Source: Longimicrobiales bacterium (GTDB lineage Bacteria > Gemmatimonadota > Gemmatimonadetes > Longimicrobiales > Gaopeijiaceae). From it: a DNA stretch of 64,000 nucleotides. The position numbers were made by a program, and so were the translations under genes. The DNA lies in assembly GCA_965197725.1 (NCBI GenBank), contig CBDANQ010000015.1:11175-75174 (forward strand). The letters run 5' to 3'. The notes beneath the pieces were generated by a model that saw only the letters and a program-made list of their open reading frames with translations, made no database searches and was not told the origin of the DNA. Positions 30,003 to 42,391 of the stretch are shown in pieces. Position 1 is the stretch's first letter. Each line of letters opens with the position of its first letter.

Positions 30003-31961
30003 ATGGGCAAAGTCATCGGGATCGACCTCGGAACCACCAACTCGGTGGTCGCCGTCATGGAGGGTGGTGAGCCCGTCGTGATTCCCAACTCAGAGGGCGG
30101 ACGGACGACCCCCTCGGTCGTCGCCCACACAAAGGACGGTGAGCGCCTCGTCGGTCAGGTCGCGCGTCGCCAGGCGATCACGAACCCGGAAAACACGGTG
30201 TTCTCCATAAAACGGTTCATGGGTCGCAAACACGACGAGGTCGCGGAGGAAGAGAAGCTCGTCCCGTACGAGGTCGGCCACGACGCCAGCGGCCGCGTGA
30301 CCGTGAAGATCCCGAACGCGGACAAGACGTTCACGCCGCCCGAGATCAGCGCGATGATCCTCCAAAAGATGCGGCAGACGGCCGAAGACTACCTGGGCAC
30401 GAAGGTGAGCCAGGCGGTCGTCACGGTCCCCGCGTACTTCAACGACGCGCAACGCCAAGCGACCAAGGACGCGGGCAAGATCGCGGGCCTCGAGGTGCTG
30501 CGTATCATCAACGAGCCGACCGCGGCCGCGCTCGCCTACGGCCTCGACAAGAAGACTGAGGAGAAGATCGCGGTCTTCGACCTCGGTGGAGGCACGTACG
30601 ACATCTCGGTTCTCGAGCTCGGTGACGGCGTCTTCGAGGTGAAGTCGACCAACGGCGACACGCACCTGGGTGGTGACGACTTCGACCAGCGCGTCATCAA
30701 CTGGCTCGTACAGGAGTTCAAGAAGGATCAGGGGATCGACCTCGCAAAGGACTCGATGGCGCTTCAGCGCCTCAAGGAAGCGGCAGAAAAGGCGAAGATG
30801 GAGCTGTCCACGACTTTGACCTCGGACATCAACCTTCCCTTCATCACCGCGACCCAAGACGGTCCGAAACACCTGAACTACAGCCTCTCGCGGTCCAAGT
30901 TCGAGCAGCTCGTCGACGACCTCATCCAACGGACCATCGCACCCATGAAGATGGCGCTCGAGGACGCCGGGCTGACGACCGACGACATCGACGAGGTCAT
31001 CCTCGTGGGCGGCTCGACCCGGATTCCGAAGTTGCAGGGGGTCGTGACCGAGTTCTTCGGCAAAGACCCGCACAAGGGCGTGAACCCGGACGAAGTCGTG
31101 GCGGTCGGCGCCGCGATCCAGGGGGGCGTGCTAGCCGGTGACGTTACCGACGTCCTCCTGCTCGACGTGACTCCGCTTTCGCTGGGAATCGAGACGCTGG
31201 GCGGCGTCAAGACGGCGCTCATCGAGCGAAACACGACGATCCCGACGAAGAAGGCCGAAGTGTTCTCCACCGCGGAGGACAATCAGACCACGGTCGAGAT
31301 CCACGTGCTCCAGGGTGAGCGAAAAATGGCGATGGACAACAAGACCATCGGTAAGTTCCAGTTGACCGGCATTCCGCCGGGGCCGCGCGGGATGCCCCAG
31401 GTCGCAGTGACCTTCGATATCGATGCGAACGGCATCCTGCATGTGTCGGCGAAGGACCGAGCAACGGGCAAAGAGCAGAAGATCCGCATCGAGGCCTCGA
31501 GTGGCCTCTCGGACGCGGAGATCGAGCGCATGGTCAAGGACGCGGAGGCCCACGCCGGCGAGGACGAGGAGCGGCGGGAGAAGGTCGAGTCTCGCAACCA
31601 GCTCGACTCGCTCGTATATCAGGTCGAGAAGGATACGGGCGAGTGGGGCGACATGGTCGTCGAGGGCACCAGGGAGCGTCTCGACAGGGCGGTCGAACAG
31701 GCCAAGGAGGCACTCAAGGGCGATGACCTCGGCACGCTCAACTCAGCCCGCGACGAGCTGATGCAGGCGTTCAGCGCCGCCGGGCAGGAGATGTACCAGT
31801 CTCAGGCCGCAGAGGCGGAAACCGCCTCCGAGGAAGCCGGTGACGGCGAGACGGAGGGCGAACGTAGGGAGGCGGGCGGCGACGAAGACGGTGGATCCGA
31901 AGCGGCCGCCGACGACGACGTTGTCGAGGCTGACTACGAGATCGTCGATGAAGAGGCGTAA
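30003..31961 (+). CDS. dnaK: Chaperone DnaK (Hsp70)
   Basis: [35 protein letters not shown] and [12 protein letters not shown]. Confidence 0.99.
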   Translation: MGKVIGIDLGTTNSVVAVMEGGEPVVIPNSEGGRTTPSVVAHTKDGERLVGQVARRQAITNPENTVFSIKRFMGRKHDEVAEEEKLVPYEVGHDASGRVTVKIPNADKTFTPPEISAMILQKMRQTAEDYLGTKVSQAVVTVPAYFNDAQRQATKDAGKIAGLEVLRIINEPTAAALAYGLDKKTEEKIAVFDLGGGTYDISVLELGDGVFEVKSTNGDTHLGGDDFDQRVINWLVQEFKKDQGIDLAKDSMALQRLKEAAEKAKMELSTTLTSDINLPFITATQDGPKHLNYSLSRSKFEQLVDDLIQRTIAPMKMALEDAGLTTDDIDEVILVGGSTRIPKLQGVVTEFFGKDPHKGVNPDEVVAVGAAIQGGVLAGDVTDVLLLDVTPLSLGIETLGGVKTALIERNTTIPTKKAEVFSTAEDNQTTVEIHVLQGERKMAMDNKTIGKFQLTGIPPGPRGMPQVAVTFDIDANGILHVSAKDRATGKEQKIRIEASSGLSDAEIERMVKDAEAHAGEDEERREKVESRNQLDSLVYQVEKDTGEWGDMVVEGTRERLDRAVEQAKEALKGDDLGTLNSARDELMQAFSAAGQEMYQSQAAEAETASEEAGDGETEGERREAGGDEDGGSEAAADDDVVEADYEIVDEEA

Positions 31962-31980
31962 GCCGCGTCCAGCGCCAAAT

Positions 31981-32013
31981 GGGGGGGACGCCGGGGCAAC
32001 CCGGCGGCCCCCC
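31981..32013 (+). terminator. GC-rich hairpin after dnaK (terminator or mRNA stabiliser)
   Basis: GGGGGGGACGCCGGG-GCAA-CCCGGCGGCCCCCC. No U-tract, so termination is uncertain. Confidence 0.5.
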
Positions 32014-32135
32014 GTGGCGCATCTCAAACAGGTGTAGAAGGCCGGACCCGGGTCCGGCCTTCCCGTGTAGTAGAGTTATTCGGCCCGCGACGTGGGCCGA
32101 TCACCATATTCAGAATGATTCGGGAGGGCGCCGAG

Positions 32136-33689
32136 ATGTACGACCCCCTTCGTACAAAGACCAAAGTCGTTCTCTACAGCGCAGTCGCGTTCGTCTTCGG
32201 TCTGGGGATGGCGAGCGGACTCGGCTGGACCAGTCCGACCTACGCGCTGCCAACGCTCATAGAGACGACGCAAGTCGCCGCGGAGGCGGTTCAGCCGGCG
32301 CTGGATCTCAGCCAGGCGTTCACGAATCTGGCCAATGCGGTGACACCCGCGGTGGTGCGCATCGAGGCCCGGCGTCCACCAACCCAGGCGAGGCAGCAGC
32401 TCCCGCAAGGGTTCCGGGACTTCTTCGACATGCCTCGGGATCGGCGGCAACCCCCGTCGCAGGGAGTGGTCGCGGGCGGCAGTGGCTTCGTGGTGTCGCC
32501 AGACGGATACATCCTGACCAACAACCATGTGGTCGAAGGCGCGGACCAGGTCACGGTCTATTTCCCGGACCGCAGGTACTTCACGGCCGAGATCGTCGGG
32601 AACGACCCGTTCACGGATGTTGCGGTGCTCAAGATCGACGCCGATGAGGCGCTGCACGCGATGTCGTTGGGCGACTCGGACGAGACCAAGGTCGGTGAGT
32701 GGATTCTGGCGATCGGCAACCCTGGCTTCGGTCGCTCGGCGCAGCTCGACTTCACTGTGACCGCGGGAATCATCAGCGCCCTCGGACGGGGGCTGCGGCT
32801 GCTCCAGAACGACCTGGCCAACGATCCCCGATACGGCCCCGATGCAGCCGGCTTCGCGATCGAGGATTTCATTCAGACCGACGCGGTCATCAACCCTGGC
32901 AACTCGGGTGGTCCCATGGTGAACCTCCGCGGCCAGGTGGTCGGCATCAACTCAGCCATCGCCTCCGAGACGGGAGTGTATCAGGGCTACGGCTTCGCGA
33001 TCCCGATCAACCTCGCGCGGCGCGTCATGGAGGACCTGGTGGAGTACGGGCACGTGAAGCGACCCCGCATGGGCGTGGGTATCACGGACGCGACCGCGGA
33101 GGACGCCGAGCTGTACGAACTGCCGTCCGTATCGGGCGTTCTCGTGCAGACGGTCGACCCGGAAGGCCCCGCAGCCGGCCAGCTCGAGAGCGAGGACGTG
33201 ATCGTGGCGCTCGACGGTGAACCAGTCGGCTACGTTGCCGAACTCCAGGCGCGTATCGCGCAGCTTCGGCCCGGAGACAGAGTGACGGTCACCGTATACC
33301 GTGACGCCCGTCCGACCGATGTCCGGCTCAGGCTGGACGAGGCGCCGATCAATGAGATCGCGACCGTGGTCGCCGCGCGCGCAGTCCACGCCGAAGAGCG
33401 CCTGGGCATAAACGTCGAGACCATGGACGTCGAGCTCGCGCGGGCGTACCGGTTCCCGCAAGCCGGTGGAGTCATCCTTACCCAAGTGGCTCGCGGTAGT
33501 CCGGCCGATCGGCGCGGGGTGGGGGCCTATGTCGGATCCAGGCTCGTCCAGGTCCAGGATCAGTCGATCGCGACCCCGGACGATGTGCGGGTGGCGCTCG
33601 ACAGGGTCGCCGGCGGCCAGATCGTCTCACTCCACTTCGAGGACACCCAGGGCGCCGTTCGGGTGGTCAACGTGCGCATGCCCAGCTAG
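32136..33689 (+). CDS. HtrA/DegP-family serine protease with two PDZ domains
   Basis: GSGF, TNNHVV, DVAVLK and QTDAVINPGNSGGP, followed by two PDZ-like segments. Confidence 0.95.
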   Translation: MYDPLRTKTKVVLYSAVAFVFGLGMASGLGWTSPTYALPTLIETTQVAAEAVQPALDLSQAFTNLANAVTPAVVRIEARRPPTQARQQLPQGFRDFFDMPRDRRQPPSQGVVAGGSGFVVSPDGYILTNNHVVEGADQVTVYFPDRRYFTAEIVGNDPFTDVAVLKIDADEALHAMSLGDSDETKVGEWILAIGNPGFGRSAQLDFTVTAGIISALGRGLRLLQNDLANDPRYGPDAAGFAIEDFIQTDAVINPGNSGGPMVNLRGQVVGINSAIASETGVYQGYGFAIPINLARRVMEDLVEYGHVKRPRMGVGITDATAEDAELYELPSVSGVLVQTVDPEGPAAGQLESEDVIVALDGEPVGYVAELQARIAQLRPGDRVTVTVYRDARPTDVRLRLDEAPINEIATVVAARAVHAEERLGINVETMDVELARAYRFPQAGGVILTQVARGSPADRRGVGAYVGSRLVQVQDQSIATPDDVRVALDRVAGGQIVSLHFEDTQGAVRVVNVRMPS

Positions 33690-33729
33690 GAACGCCTCTC
33701 GACCCCGGGTTTATCTTTTGCCGGGCCTA

Positions 33730-33813
33730 GCGAAAGTGGCGGAATTGGTAGACGCGCGGGATTTAGGATCCCGTGGCTTAAGTGCCGTGGGGGTTCGAGT
33801 CCCCCCTTTCGCA
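33730..33813 (+). tRNA. tRNA-Leu (anticodon TAG), CCA not encoded
   Basis: Acceptor stem GCGAAAG/CTTTCGC, D-loop GGAATTGGTAGAC, anticodon arm CGGGA-TTTAGGA-TCCCG, long variable arm, T-loop GTTCGAGTC, discriminator A. Confidence 0.96.
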
Positions 33814-33856
33814 TTTCGGGGCTCTTGAAGGCCGGCTTTCGACCCCCGGTGAGGGT

Positions 33857-35137
33857 ATGACCGTAGACGCATCGGACCTGCAGGTCTCCGTCAAGGAGCA
33901 AGAGCGATGGCGCCGTAGTATGCGCGTGACTGTTCCCGCCTCCGTAGTCCAACAGGAAGAAAGACGTGCGGCCAAGCACTTTGCGTCGCGCGCTCGCTTG
34001 AAAGGCTTCAGAAAGGGCCGCGTGCCAGCGAAGGTGATCGAGTCCCGTTTCGGCGGCACGCTCCGCAAGGAGGCCCTCGACAAGCTGATCGGCGAGGCCT
34101 ACCGCACCGCTCTGGCGGCGCAGGACCTGAAGCCGATCAGTGAGGGAGAGATTCAGGAGCTGAGCTACGAGCCTGAGCAGGATCTCGTTTTCTCGATCTC
34201 CTTCGACGTCCACCCGCGCATCGAGATCGCCCAGCTAGGTGGGTTCGCCGTGGAGCGCCCGGTGGCCGAGGTGAACGACGAGCACGTCGACAGGGTGCTC
34301 GCACGGATCCAGGAGCACAACGGGGCGTGGAAGCCTGTGGAGCAGGGTCAGCCAGAGGATCGCGATCTGGTCTCGGTGTTGATCAACAAGCTGCAGGGAG
34401 AAGAAGGAGAAGAAACCGACGAGAGCAAGGAGTACGAGTTCCGTCTCGGTCAGGGCGACGCGCTGCCCGATATCGAGACGGCGATCAAGTCGCTGGAGGC
34501 CGGAGCGTGCGGCGAGTTCGACGTCTCTTTCCCGGAGGACTTTCCCGACGAGAGCCGAAGGGGGGATAGCGAACGCGTCCAGATCACCCTCGTCGCACGC
34601 AAGGTCCTAGAACTTCCGGAACTCGACGACGACTTGGCTAAGCAAGTCGGCGATTTTGAGACGTTGCACGACCTGAAGACCCGGGTTCGTGAGGATCTCG
34701 ACAAGGAGGCCGGGGAGAAAACCGAAAACGTCGTCCGCGGTCGCTTGCTCGACATGCTGCTCGATGCGAATCCGTTCGAGGTTCCGGCATCCATGGTCGA
34801 CCGGTACACCGACGACGTCATCGGAGATCAACCCAATCTCCACCCCGAGCGGATCGAGGAGATCCGCGCTTCGATCCGAGTGGACGCGGAACGTGCGGTC
34901 AAGCGCATTCTACTCCTCGAAGAGGTTGCCGAGACTCAAGGGTTGGCGGCCACGGAAGACGACGTCGACACTCGTGTCGAGGCGATCGCCGAGGCCAACG
35001 CCAGCACGGCCGCGAAGGTGTACGCGAATCTGCAAAAGGCCGGACGCCTCGAGATGCTCGAACGAGAGCTCACCGAGCGGAAAGTGTTCGACTTCCTGAA
35101 GGAACAATCCGAGATTACTGACAGCTCGGCCCCCTGA
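33857..35137 (+). CDS. tig: Trigger factor
   Basis: [10 protein letters not shown] ribosome-binding motif, FKBP-like FPEDF and ELDDDLAK; lies upstream of clpP. Confidence 0.95.
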   Translation: MTVDASDLQVSVKEQERWRRSMRVTVPASVVQQEERRAAKHFASRARLKGFRKGRVPAKVIESRFGGTLRKEALDKLIGEAYRTALAAQDLKPISEGEIQELSYEPEQDLVFSISFDVHPRIEIAQLGGFAVERPVAEVNDEHVDRVLARIQEHNGAWKPVEQGQPEDRDLVSVLINKLQGEEGEETDESKEYEFRLGQGDALPDIETAIKSLEAGACGEFDVSFPEDFPDESRRGDSERVQITLVARKVLELPELDDDLAKQVGDFETLHDLKTRVREDLDKEAGEKTENVVRGRLLDMLLDANPFEVPASMVDRYTDDVIGDQPNLHPERIEEIRASIRVDAERAVKRILLLEEVAETQGLAATEDDVDTRVEAIAEANASTAAKVYANLQKAGRLEMLERELTERKVFDFLKEQSEITDSSAP

Positions 35138-35162
35138 TCCAGCTCGACGAGAGAGCACTGAT

Positions 35163-35792
35163 ATGCCGATTTACCCACCTTATGTGATCGAGCGGACGAG
35201 CCGCGGTGAGCGCAGCTACGACATCTTCAGCCGGCTGCTCATGGACCGTATCGTCTTCCTGGGCAGTGGCATCAACGACGATGTGGCGAACATCATCCTC
35301 GCCCAACTGCTCTTCCTCGACGCCGAGGACCCGGAACGCGACATTTTCATGTACATCAACTCGCCCGGTGGCAGCGTCTACGCGGGAATGGCGATCTACG
35401 ACACCATGCAGCACCTGCGGGCACCGGTCTCAACCTTCTGCGTAGGCATGGCGGCCTCGATGGGCGCGGTGCTGCTAGCGGCGGGCGCCGACGGCAAGCG
35501 GAATGCGCTGCCAAATGCGCGTATCATGATCCACCAGCCGTCGGGCGGCTTCCAAGGCACGGCAGCCGACGTCGAAGTGGCGGCCAAAGAGATTCTGCAC
35601 GTGCGGCAAAGGATCAACGAGATCATCGCAAAGCACACCGGGCAGACCGCGGAAGCGGTTCAGAGCGACGTCGACCGCGACCGCTTCATGGATCCCGTGG
35701 AGGCGGTCGAGTACGGTCTCATCGATCGTGTCCTGAAAGGCCCGGTTTCGCAGACAGATGGAAAACCTGCGGACTCGGATAGCGGCGAGTAG
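35163..35792 (+). CDS. clpP: ATP-dependent Clp protease proteolytic subunit
   Basis: [27 protein letters not shown] and DRDRFM. Confidence 0.98.
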   Translation: MPIYPPYVIERTSRGERSYDIFSRLLMDRIVFLGSGINDDVANIILAQLLFLDAEDPERDIFMYINSPGGSVYAGMAIYDTMQHLRAPVSTFCVGMAASMGAVLLAAGADGKRNALPNARIMIHQPSGGFQGTAADVEVAAKEILHVRQRINEIIAKHTGQTAEAVQSDVDRDRFMDPVEAVEYGLIDRVLKGPVSQTDGKPADSDSGE

Positions 35793-35813
35793 CCGAACAC
35801 GCGATGTTTAGAC

Positions 35814-37046
<1,233 letters not shown>

Positions 37047-37080
37047 GCGCCGACGCCCCTCGCTACTCGAGCTGCTTCGC

Positions 37081-39492
37081 ATGGCGAACCTCATCAGGGT
37101 CGAGGACCAGGTCGACTTGCCCGATCGCCTTCCGGTGATCCCGCTGCGGGATCTCGTGTTCTTTCCCTACATCGTGCTGCCCCTGCTCATCGGGCGGCAC
37201 CGTTCGGTAGCCGCGCTCGAGGAGGCTCGTGAGCGAGACGATCTCGTCCTGTTGGTCGTGCAGCGCGATCCGACCGTCGAGGAGCCTGGCAGCGCCGACC
37301 TCTTTCGCGTCGGTACCGTCGCGCGCGCGGTGCAGGTTTCCCGTCTGCCGGACGGCACGCTGCGTGTGGTACTAGAGGGTCTCGGACGAGCACGGATCCG
37401 CCGACTGACCACGACGACGGCGGCTCTACGCGCATCCGTGGAACCGCTGACGGACCGGGAAACCGAAGAGGAGGGTCCAACCTCCAACGAGTTGCAGTCG
37501 CTCACGCGAACCGTGGTGAGCCTCTACGCGGAGTACGCGCGCCTGCACGAACGCGTTCCGGAGGTTCTCTCGGGTATCCTGTCGGCCGAGGGCGACCGAG
37601 TGCGCTGCGCCCATCTCGTCGCTGGGCACTTGATCCTGCCGTCGCTGGAGAAGCAGGAGCTGCTGGAAGCAACCGGCGCGACGGACCAACTCGAACTACT
37701 GCGGGAATGCCTGGTACGGGAACTCGAGATCATGCGCATCGAGGCCAAGCTCGACCGCCAGATTCAGCTTCAACTGGGCAGCGAGCGAACCCCCGACTTT
37801 GGGGCTGCCTTCAGCACGATCCACCGGGAGCCCGCGGAGGGCGAGGACGACGAGTGGCGGGAGATCGAGGACACCGTCCGCAACGCCGACCTGCCTCCGC
37901 ACCCCCGAGAGCGGGCGCAGAAGGAACTCTCGCGCCTCAAGAAGCTCAATCCGGTGGCGCCCGAAGCAGCGGTCATTCGATCACACCTCGACTGGATCGT
38001 TGGGCTGCCGTGGACGGCACGCTCGGACGACAACCTCTCCGTCGAACATGCGTCGGGCATCCTCGAGTCCAAGCATTTCGGCCTGCGTGAGGTCAAGGAG
38101 CGCATCCTCGACCACGTGGCGGTGCTGTCGCTGGTCCAGGAGATGCGGGGGCCGATCCTTTGCCTGGTTGGCCCACCCGGCGTCGGAAAGACCTCCCTGG
38201 GCCGAAGTATCGCTCTGGCGCTGGGACGCGAGTTCGTCCGAGTGAGCCTTGGTGGCGTGCGGGACGAGGCCGAGATCCGAGGCCATCGACGCACCTATGT
38301 GGGAGCACTGCCCGGCCGTGTCGTGCAAGGCATGCGGCGGAGCGGCACCCGAAACCCGGTCTTCCTGCTCGACGAGGTCGACAAGCTCGCAAAAGACTTC
38401 CACGGGGATCCCGGAGCCGCACTGCTGGAAGTGCTCGACCCGGAGCAGAACCGAACCTTTTCCGATCACTATCTGGAGCTGGAGTACGACCTGTCGGAAG
38501 TCCTGTTCATAACCACCGCGAACACGCTCCAGGGGATCCCGGAGCCGCTTCGCGACCGCATGGAGATTATCCGCCTCCCCGGATACCTGGATACCGAAAA
38601 GCGTGAGATCGCGAGTCGGTTCCTGTGGCCGAGACAAGTCGAGCGGCACGGGCTCGCGCCCGATCAGGTTTCGTTGTCGGAGGGGGCGATCCACGATGTG
38701 ATCGAGCGATACACGCGGGAGGCGGGCGTACGGGAACTCGATCGCCGTCTCGCCCGTCTCGCACGTAAGTTGGCACGAGGCGTGGCCGACGCGGGAGCGG
38801 TGGAGACGACTCTTGAGCCGGAGGGGCTAAAGCGGCTGCTAGGCCCCGCGCCCTATTCGCCGACCGATCGCGACCAGGGCAGCGAGCGCATCGGTATCGC
38901 CAACGGCCTAGCCTGGACCGCTTCGGGTGGCGAGGTCCTCGACGTCGAGGTCGCGGTGATACCGGGTAGCGGCGATCTGCGACTTACTGGAACTCTCGGT
39001 GACGTGATGAAGGAGTCGGCCCACGCCGCCGTCACCTATGCCCGCTCCAGATCGGAGCTGCTCGGACTCGATCCCCAGTTCCATGCCAAGATCGACGTGC
39101 ACATCCACATCCCTGAGGGGGCGACACCGAAGGACGGACCTTCCGCCGGGATCACGATCGCGGTCGCGTTGATCTCCGCGCTGATCGCCACGCCCACCCG
39201 CGGCGACGTCGCGATGACGGGTGAGATCACGCTCCGCGGTAGGGTGCTCAGCGTCGGCGGAATCAAGGAGAAGGCGGTCGCCGCACTCCGGAGCGGCATG
39301 CGCAGGGTCGTGCTTCCCGCAGCGAACGCGTCGGACCTGGAGCTCCTGCCCGAGGAGGTGAAGGAGAGTGTGGCGTTCGACCTCGTACGTACGATGGACG
39401 AGGTGATGGACGCCGTACTGCTCGAGAGTCCCCTCCGGCACCGTCCCGCGCCTCACCCAGTCGGGCTCGGATCGCCACTCTCGCACGGATGA
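37081..39492 (+). CDS. lon: Lon protease
   Basis: LPVIPLRD, GPPGVGKTS, IRGHRRTYVG, PKDGPSAG (Ser) and GGIKEK (Lys). Start ATG 37081. Confidence 0.97.
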   Translation: MANLIRVEDQVDLPDRLPVIPLRDLVFFPYIVLPLLIGRHRSVAALEEARERDDLVLLVVQRDPTVEEPGSADLFRVGTVARAVQVSRLPDGTLRVVLEGLGRARIRRLTTTTAALRASVEPLTDRETEEEGPTSNELQSLTRTVVSLYAEYARLHERVPEVLSGILSAEGDRVRCAHLVAGHLILPSLEKQELLEATGATDQLELLRECLVRELEIMRIEAKLDRQIQLQLGSERTPDFGAAFSTIHREPAEGEDDEWREIEDTVRNADLPPHPRERAQKELSRLKKLNPVAPEAAVIRSHLDWIVGLPWTARSDDNLSVEHASGILESKHFGLREVKERILDHVAVLSLVQEMRGPILCLVGPPGVGKTSLGRSIALALGREFVRVSLGGVRDEAEIRGHRRTYVGALPGRVVQGMRRSGTRNPVFLLDEVDKLAKDFHGDPGAALLEVLDPEQNRTFSDHYLELEYDLSEVLFITTANTLQGIPEPLRDRMEIIRLPGYLDTEKREIASRFLWPRQVERHGLAPDQVSLSEGAIHDVIERYTREAGVRELDRRLARLARKLARGVADAGAVETTLEPEGLKRLLGPAPYSPTDRDQGSERIGIANGLAWTASGGEVLDVEVAVIPGSGDLRLTGTLGDVMKESAHAAVTYARSRSELLGLDPQFHAKIDVHIHIPEGATPKDGPSAGITIAVALISALIATPTRGDVAMTGEITLRGRVLSVGGIKEKAVAALRSGMRRVVLPAANASDLELLPEEVKESVAFDLVRTMDEVMDAVLLESPLRHRPAPHPVGLGSPLSHG

Positions 39493-40106
39493 AGATCAAG
39501 ACGGTCGAGTACGCGGGTACCATCGCTCAACCGGGCGGAACATCGCCCGCTGGGGCTTCAACCGGCACTCTTCCTCAAATCGCGTTCTCCGGCCGCTCCA
39601 ACGTCGGGAAGTCGTCGCTCATCAACACGCTTCTGCGCCGTACGCGAAAGAAGATCGCGCGAGTCTCCGCGACTCCCGGAAAGACGAGAACGATCAATTT
39701 CTTCCTGGTGAACGAGCGGTTCTTCCTCGTCGACCTGCCGGGATATGGGTACGCGAAGGTGCCAAAGGGCATGCGCGACGCATGGTCCGAGCTGATCGCA
39801 TCGTACCTGGGTGCCTCCCGTGGGGTGCAGGGCCTTGTGCATCTGATGGACGCACGGCGGGACCCCACGGATCACGACCTCCATATGATCTCATATCTTT
39901 CGGAGTTGGGCGTGCCGACCCTGGTCGTGCTCACCAAGATGGACAAGCTGAAATGGACTCAACGTGAGAAAGCCATCCAGCGCACGTGCGAGGGCCTAAG
40001 CGTCGGACAAGACCAGGTCCTACCCTTCTCGTCGAAGACGGGAGAGGGACGGGAGACGCTGCTCGAGGCTCTCGACGAACTCGTCGTGGAAGCGGAACGG
40101 CCGTGA
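39489..40106 (+). CDS. engB: Ribosome biogenesis GTPase YsxC/EngB
   Basis: GRSNVGKSSLIN, PGKT, DLPGYGY and TKMDK. Confidence 0.96.
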   Translation: MKIKTVEYAGTIAQPGGTSPAGASTGTLPQIAFSGRSNVGKSSLINTLLRRTRKKIARVSATPGKTRTINFFLVNERFFLVDLPGYGYAKVPKGMRDAWSELIASYLGASRGVQGLVHLMDARRDPTDHDLHMISYLSELGVPTLVVLTKMDKLKWTQREKAIQRTCEGLSVGQDQVLPFSSKTGEGRETLLEALDELVVEAERP

Positions 40107-40714
40107 TGCTGGCCTTCGTACTCGTGGCGCTTTTCCTCCTGAGCGGCTGCGCGGTTCCGCCGGGAATGGAGGGCGGCACTGCGACCACCACGGATTCGTT
40201 CGAAACGCTACCTCCTCCAGGACACGGTACGCTCCGGCAGGACGAGATCTCGCTCTCGCTCACATCAGGCGCGCTGCGAATTCTCGTCACGCCTCTCGAA
40301 GAGTCCGCGACGCTGGTGACGGCACCGGACACGTATCGTCGCTTGTCCAGCATGTCCAACGCCCATCGGAATGCTCCCGGCATCGGAGAGTCTGTGACAC
40401 TCTTTCTCGTCTCGTTCTTCTCCGAACAGCCCGACGAACGATTCGTGCCCGAAGAGGTGCAACTGGTGTCGCGAGGCATGAGGTTCCGGCCCAGTGCGAT
40501 CATCGCGGTTACGCCCAGTTGGGGCGAGCGTCGCCTCCGCCAACGCGTCACCGAAATGGCCGTCTACGCCTTCAGCGGCAACGTCGATCTCGAGTCGGAT
40601 CTCACGCTGGCGTACGGTCTGGACCAGACGGCGGCGTGGAGCGTGGTCCTTCGGCGTATCCAAGCCGAACGAGCGCGTGCGCGCGCCCGAGCCGGCGGAC
40701 CGGGAAACGGCTAG
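40106..40714 (+). CDS. Hypothetical lipoprotein
   Basis: MLAFVLVALFLLSGC has a lipobox; translationally coupled to engB (TGATG). Confidence 0.7.
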   Translation: MLAFVLVALFLLSGCAVPPGMEGGTATTTDSFETLPPPGHGTLRQDEISLSLTSGALRILVTPLEESATLVTAPDTYRRLSSMSNAHRNAPGIGESVTLFLVSFFSEQPDERFVPEEVQLVSRGMRFRPSAIIAVTPSWGERRLRQRVTEMAVYAFSGNVDLESDLTLAYGLDQTAAWSVVLRRIQAERARARARAGGPGNG

Positions 40715-40734
40715 AGCTAGAGCTAGAGCTAGAA
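40711..40734. repeat. Hexanucleotide tandem repeat (CTAGAG)3-CTAGAA
   Basis: ctagagctagagctagagctagaa, beginning at the stop codon of the lipoprotein gene. Confidence 0.9.
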
Positions 40735-40777
40735 GGGTGATAGAAAAGGGAGAGGGGGCTGCGCTCTCAGTCGACTG

Positions 40778-42391
40778 TCAGCCGTCCAGTTCGTACTTGG
40801 AGATCTTCCGATACAGCGTGCGCTCGCCAATGTCGAGCAGCTCCGCGGCCCTGCGACGATTCCCGTTCACCGACGAGAGCGCCGCGGCGATCGCCTGACG
40901 CTCGAGGTCCTCCATGGTCATGCCAGGGCGGAAGACCACAACGCCGTCTGAGTCGGGGGCCGATACGCTCTGTGGGGCGGGTTCCGCCGAAATGACCACA
41001 TCGTCGAACCCGCTGGAGTCCGCGCCGGGAGAGTACGCCCCGATCTCGATCCCCGGCCCGGGGGAGAGCGCCGGACCCACGCGGCCGACCACGGCCTCAC
41101 CCGGCAGCGTGATACCCTCCCCTCGCCGATACACGTCGAACTCTCGGCGCAGATCGTCCATGTCCACTCGGAGGTCGACGAGAGTCCGGAACACGAATTC
41201 GAGTTCGGGTCTGAGCTCCGCGGCGCCTTCCCGGTTACCGGTCACCCTGCGGATCGGCGCCGGCAACAACGACGGGCCCCGGCCCAGGCGGACCTCGTCC
41301 GGAATGTCTTCAGGCCGAATGATTCGGCCGGGCGCGAGCACGACCATCGACTCGACGAGGTTACGCAACTCACGCACGTTTCCCGGCCAGGAGTAGGCGG
41401 TGAGCATCTCCATCGCCTCGGACGAGATCCCCGGGAAGTCGCGGTCGTGACGCTCCGACACTTCCCGAACGTATGACTGGACCAGAAGCGGGATGTCGTC
41501 ACGGCGATCGCGAAGCGGTGGAAGCTCGATACCCAAGACGTTCAATCGGAAGAAGAGATCGCGCCGGAACTCCCCTATCGCGATGAGTTGCCTCAGGTCC
41601 TGGTTGGTTGCCGCAACGATGCGGACGTCGACCTTGATGCTCTTCTCGCCGCCGACGCGGTGAAACTCCCGTTGCTCCAGCACGCGCAGAAGCTTTGTCT
41701 GCGTGGAGAGCGGCATGTCGCCGATTTCGTCCAGGAACGTGGTACCGCCGTCGGACAGCTCGAACAGGCCCCTGCGCGCGTCGATCGCGCCCGTGAAAGC
41801 GCCCTTCTCGTGCCCGAACAGTTCAGACTCAAGGAGCGTGTCGGGGAGTGCCGCAACGTTGACCGCGATGAAAGGCTTATGCCGACGAGGTGAAAGCAAA
41901 TGGATGCCGCGTGCGACGAGCTCCTTCCCCGTGCCCGACTCGCCTGTGACGAGCACGGTCGAGGCAACCGGCGCGATTTGCACCACGCGCTCCATCACCT
42001 GACGGATCGCGTCTGTCTCACCGATGATGCCCGTCAGCGCCTGCAGCCGCCCACGCTCGATGAGTCGACTGCCCACGAGCACTACGTCGTCGACGTGCGA
42101 CGTGGCCGGAAACACCTCGTCGCATCCGGGTCGCAGTGCCGGCGCCAACTCCGCGGCCGAGGCGATCGCGAAGACCGGAATGTGGAGCACCTGCCTCGCT
42201 TGTCTCGCCAATGCTCCCCCTCCCTCGGCGAGCCCTCCAGTGAGCACGAGCAGGACCGCGCCGTCGTCGGTCGTCAACTCTTCAGCCGGTGTCACCAGAT
42301 CGGTCGAGTAGCCAGCGGACTTGAAGCCGTCTCTGAGTTGCCCCCCGCGCGCCAGGTCGTGCGTCGAGATGAGAACGCGATCCTCCGTCAT
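40778..42391 (-). CDS. Sigma-54-dependent transcriptional activator (bEBP) with degenerate receiver-like N-terminus and Fis HTH
   Basis: GESGTGKE, ESELFGHEKGAFTGA, FLDEIG, WPGNVREL and NRRRAAELLDIGERTLYRK. Confidence 0.95.
   Translation of the reverse strand: MTEDRVLISTHDLARGGQLRDGFKSAGYSTDLVTPAEELTTDDGAVLLVLTGGLAEGGGALARQARQVLHIPVFAIASAAELAPALRPGCDEVFPATSHVDDVVLVGSRLIERGRLQALTGIIGETDAIRQVMERVVQIAPVASTVLVTGESGTGKELVARGIHLLSPRRHKPFIAVNVAALPDTLLESELFGHEKGAFTGAIDARRGLFELSDGGTTFLDEIGDMPLSTQTKLLRVLEQREFHRVGGEKSIKVDVRIVAATNQDLRQLIAIGEFRRDLFFRLNVLGIELPPLRDRRDDIPLLVQSYVREVSERHDRDFPGISSEAMEMLTAYSWPGNVRELRNLVESMVVLAPGRIIRPEDIPDEVRLGRGPSLLPAPIRRVTGNREGAAELRPELEFVFRTLVDLRVDMDDLRREFDVYRRGEGITLPGEAVVGRVGPALSPGPGIEIGAYSPGADSSGFDDVVISAEPAPQSVSAPDSDGVVVFRPGMTMEDLERQAIAAALSSVNGNRRRAAELLDIGERTLYRKISKYELDG

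Noticed and set aside
33730..33813. tRNA-Leu as an integration site
   Set aside because: It is followed directly by tig-clpP-clpX. No integrase or duplicated tRNA 3' end was seen.
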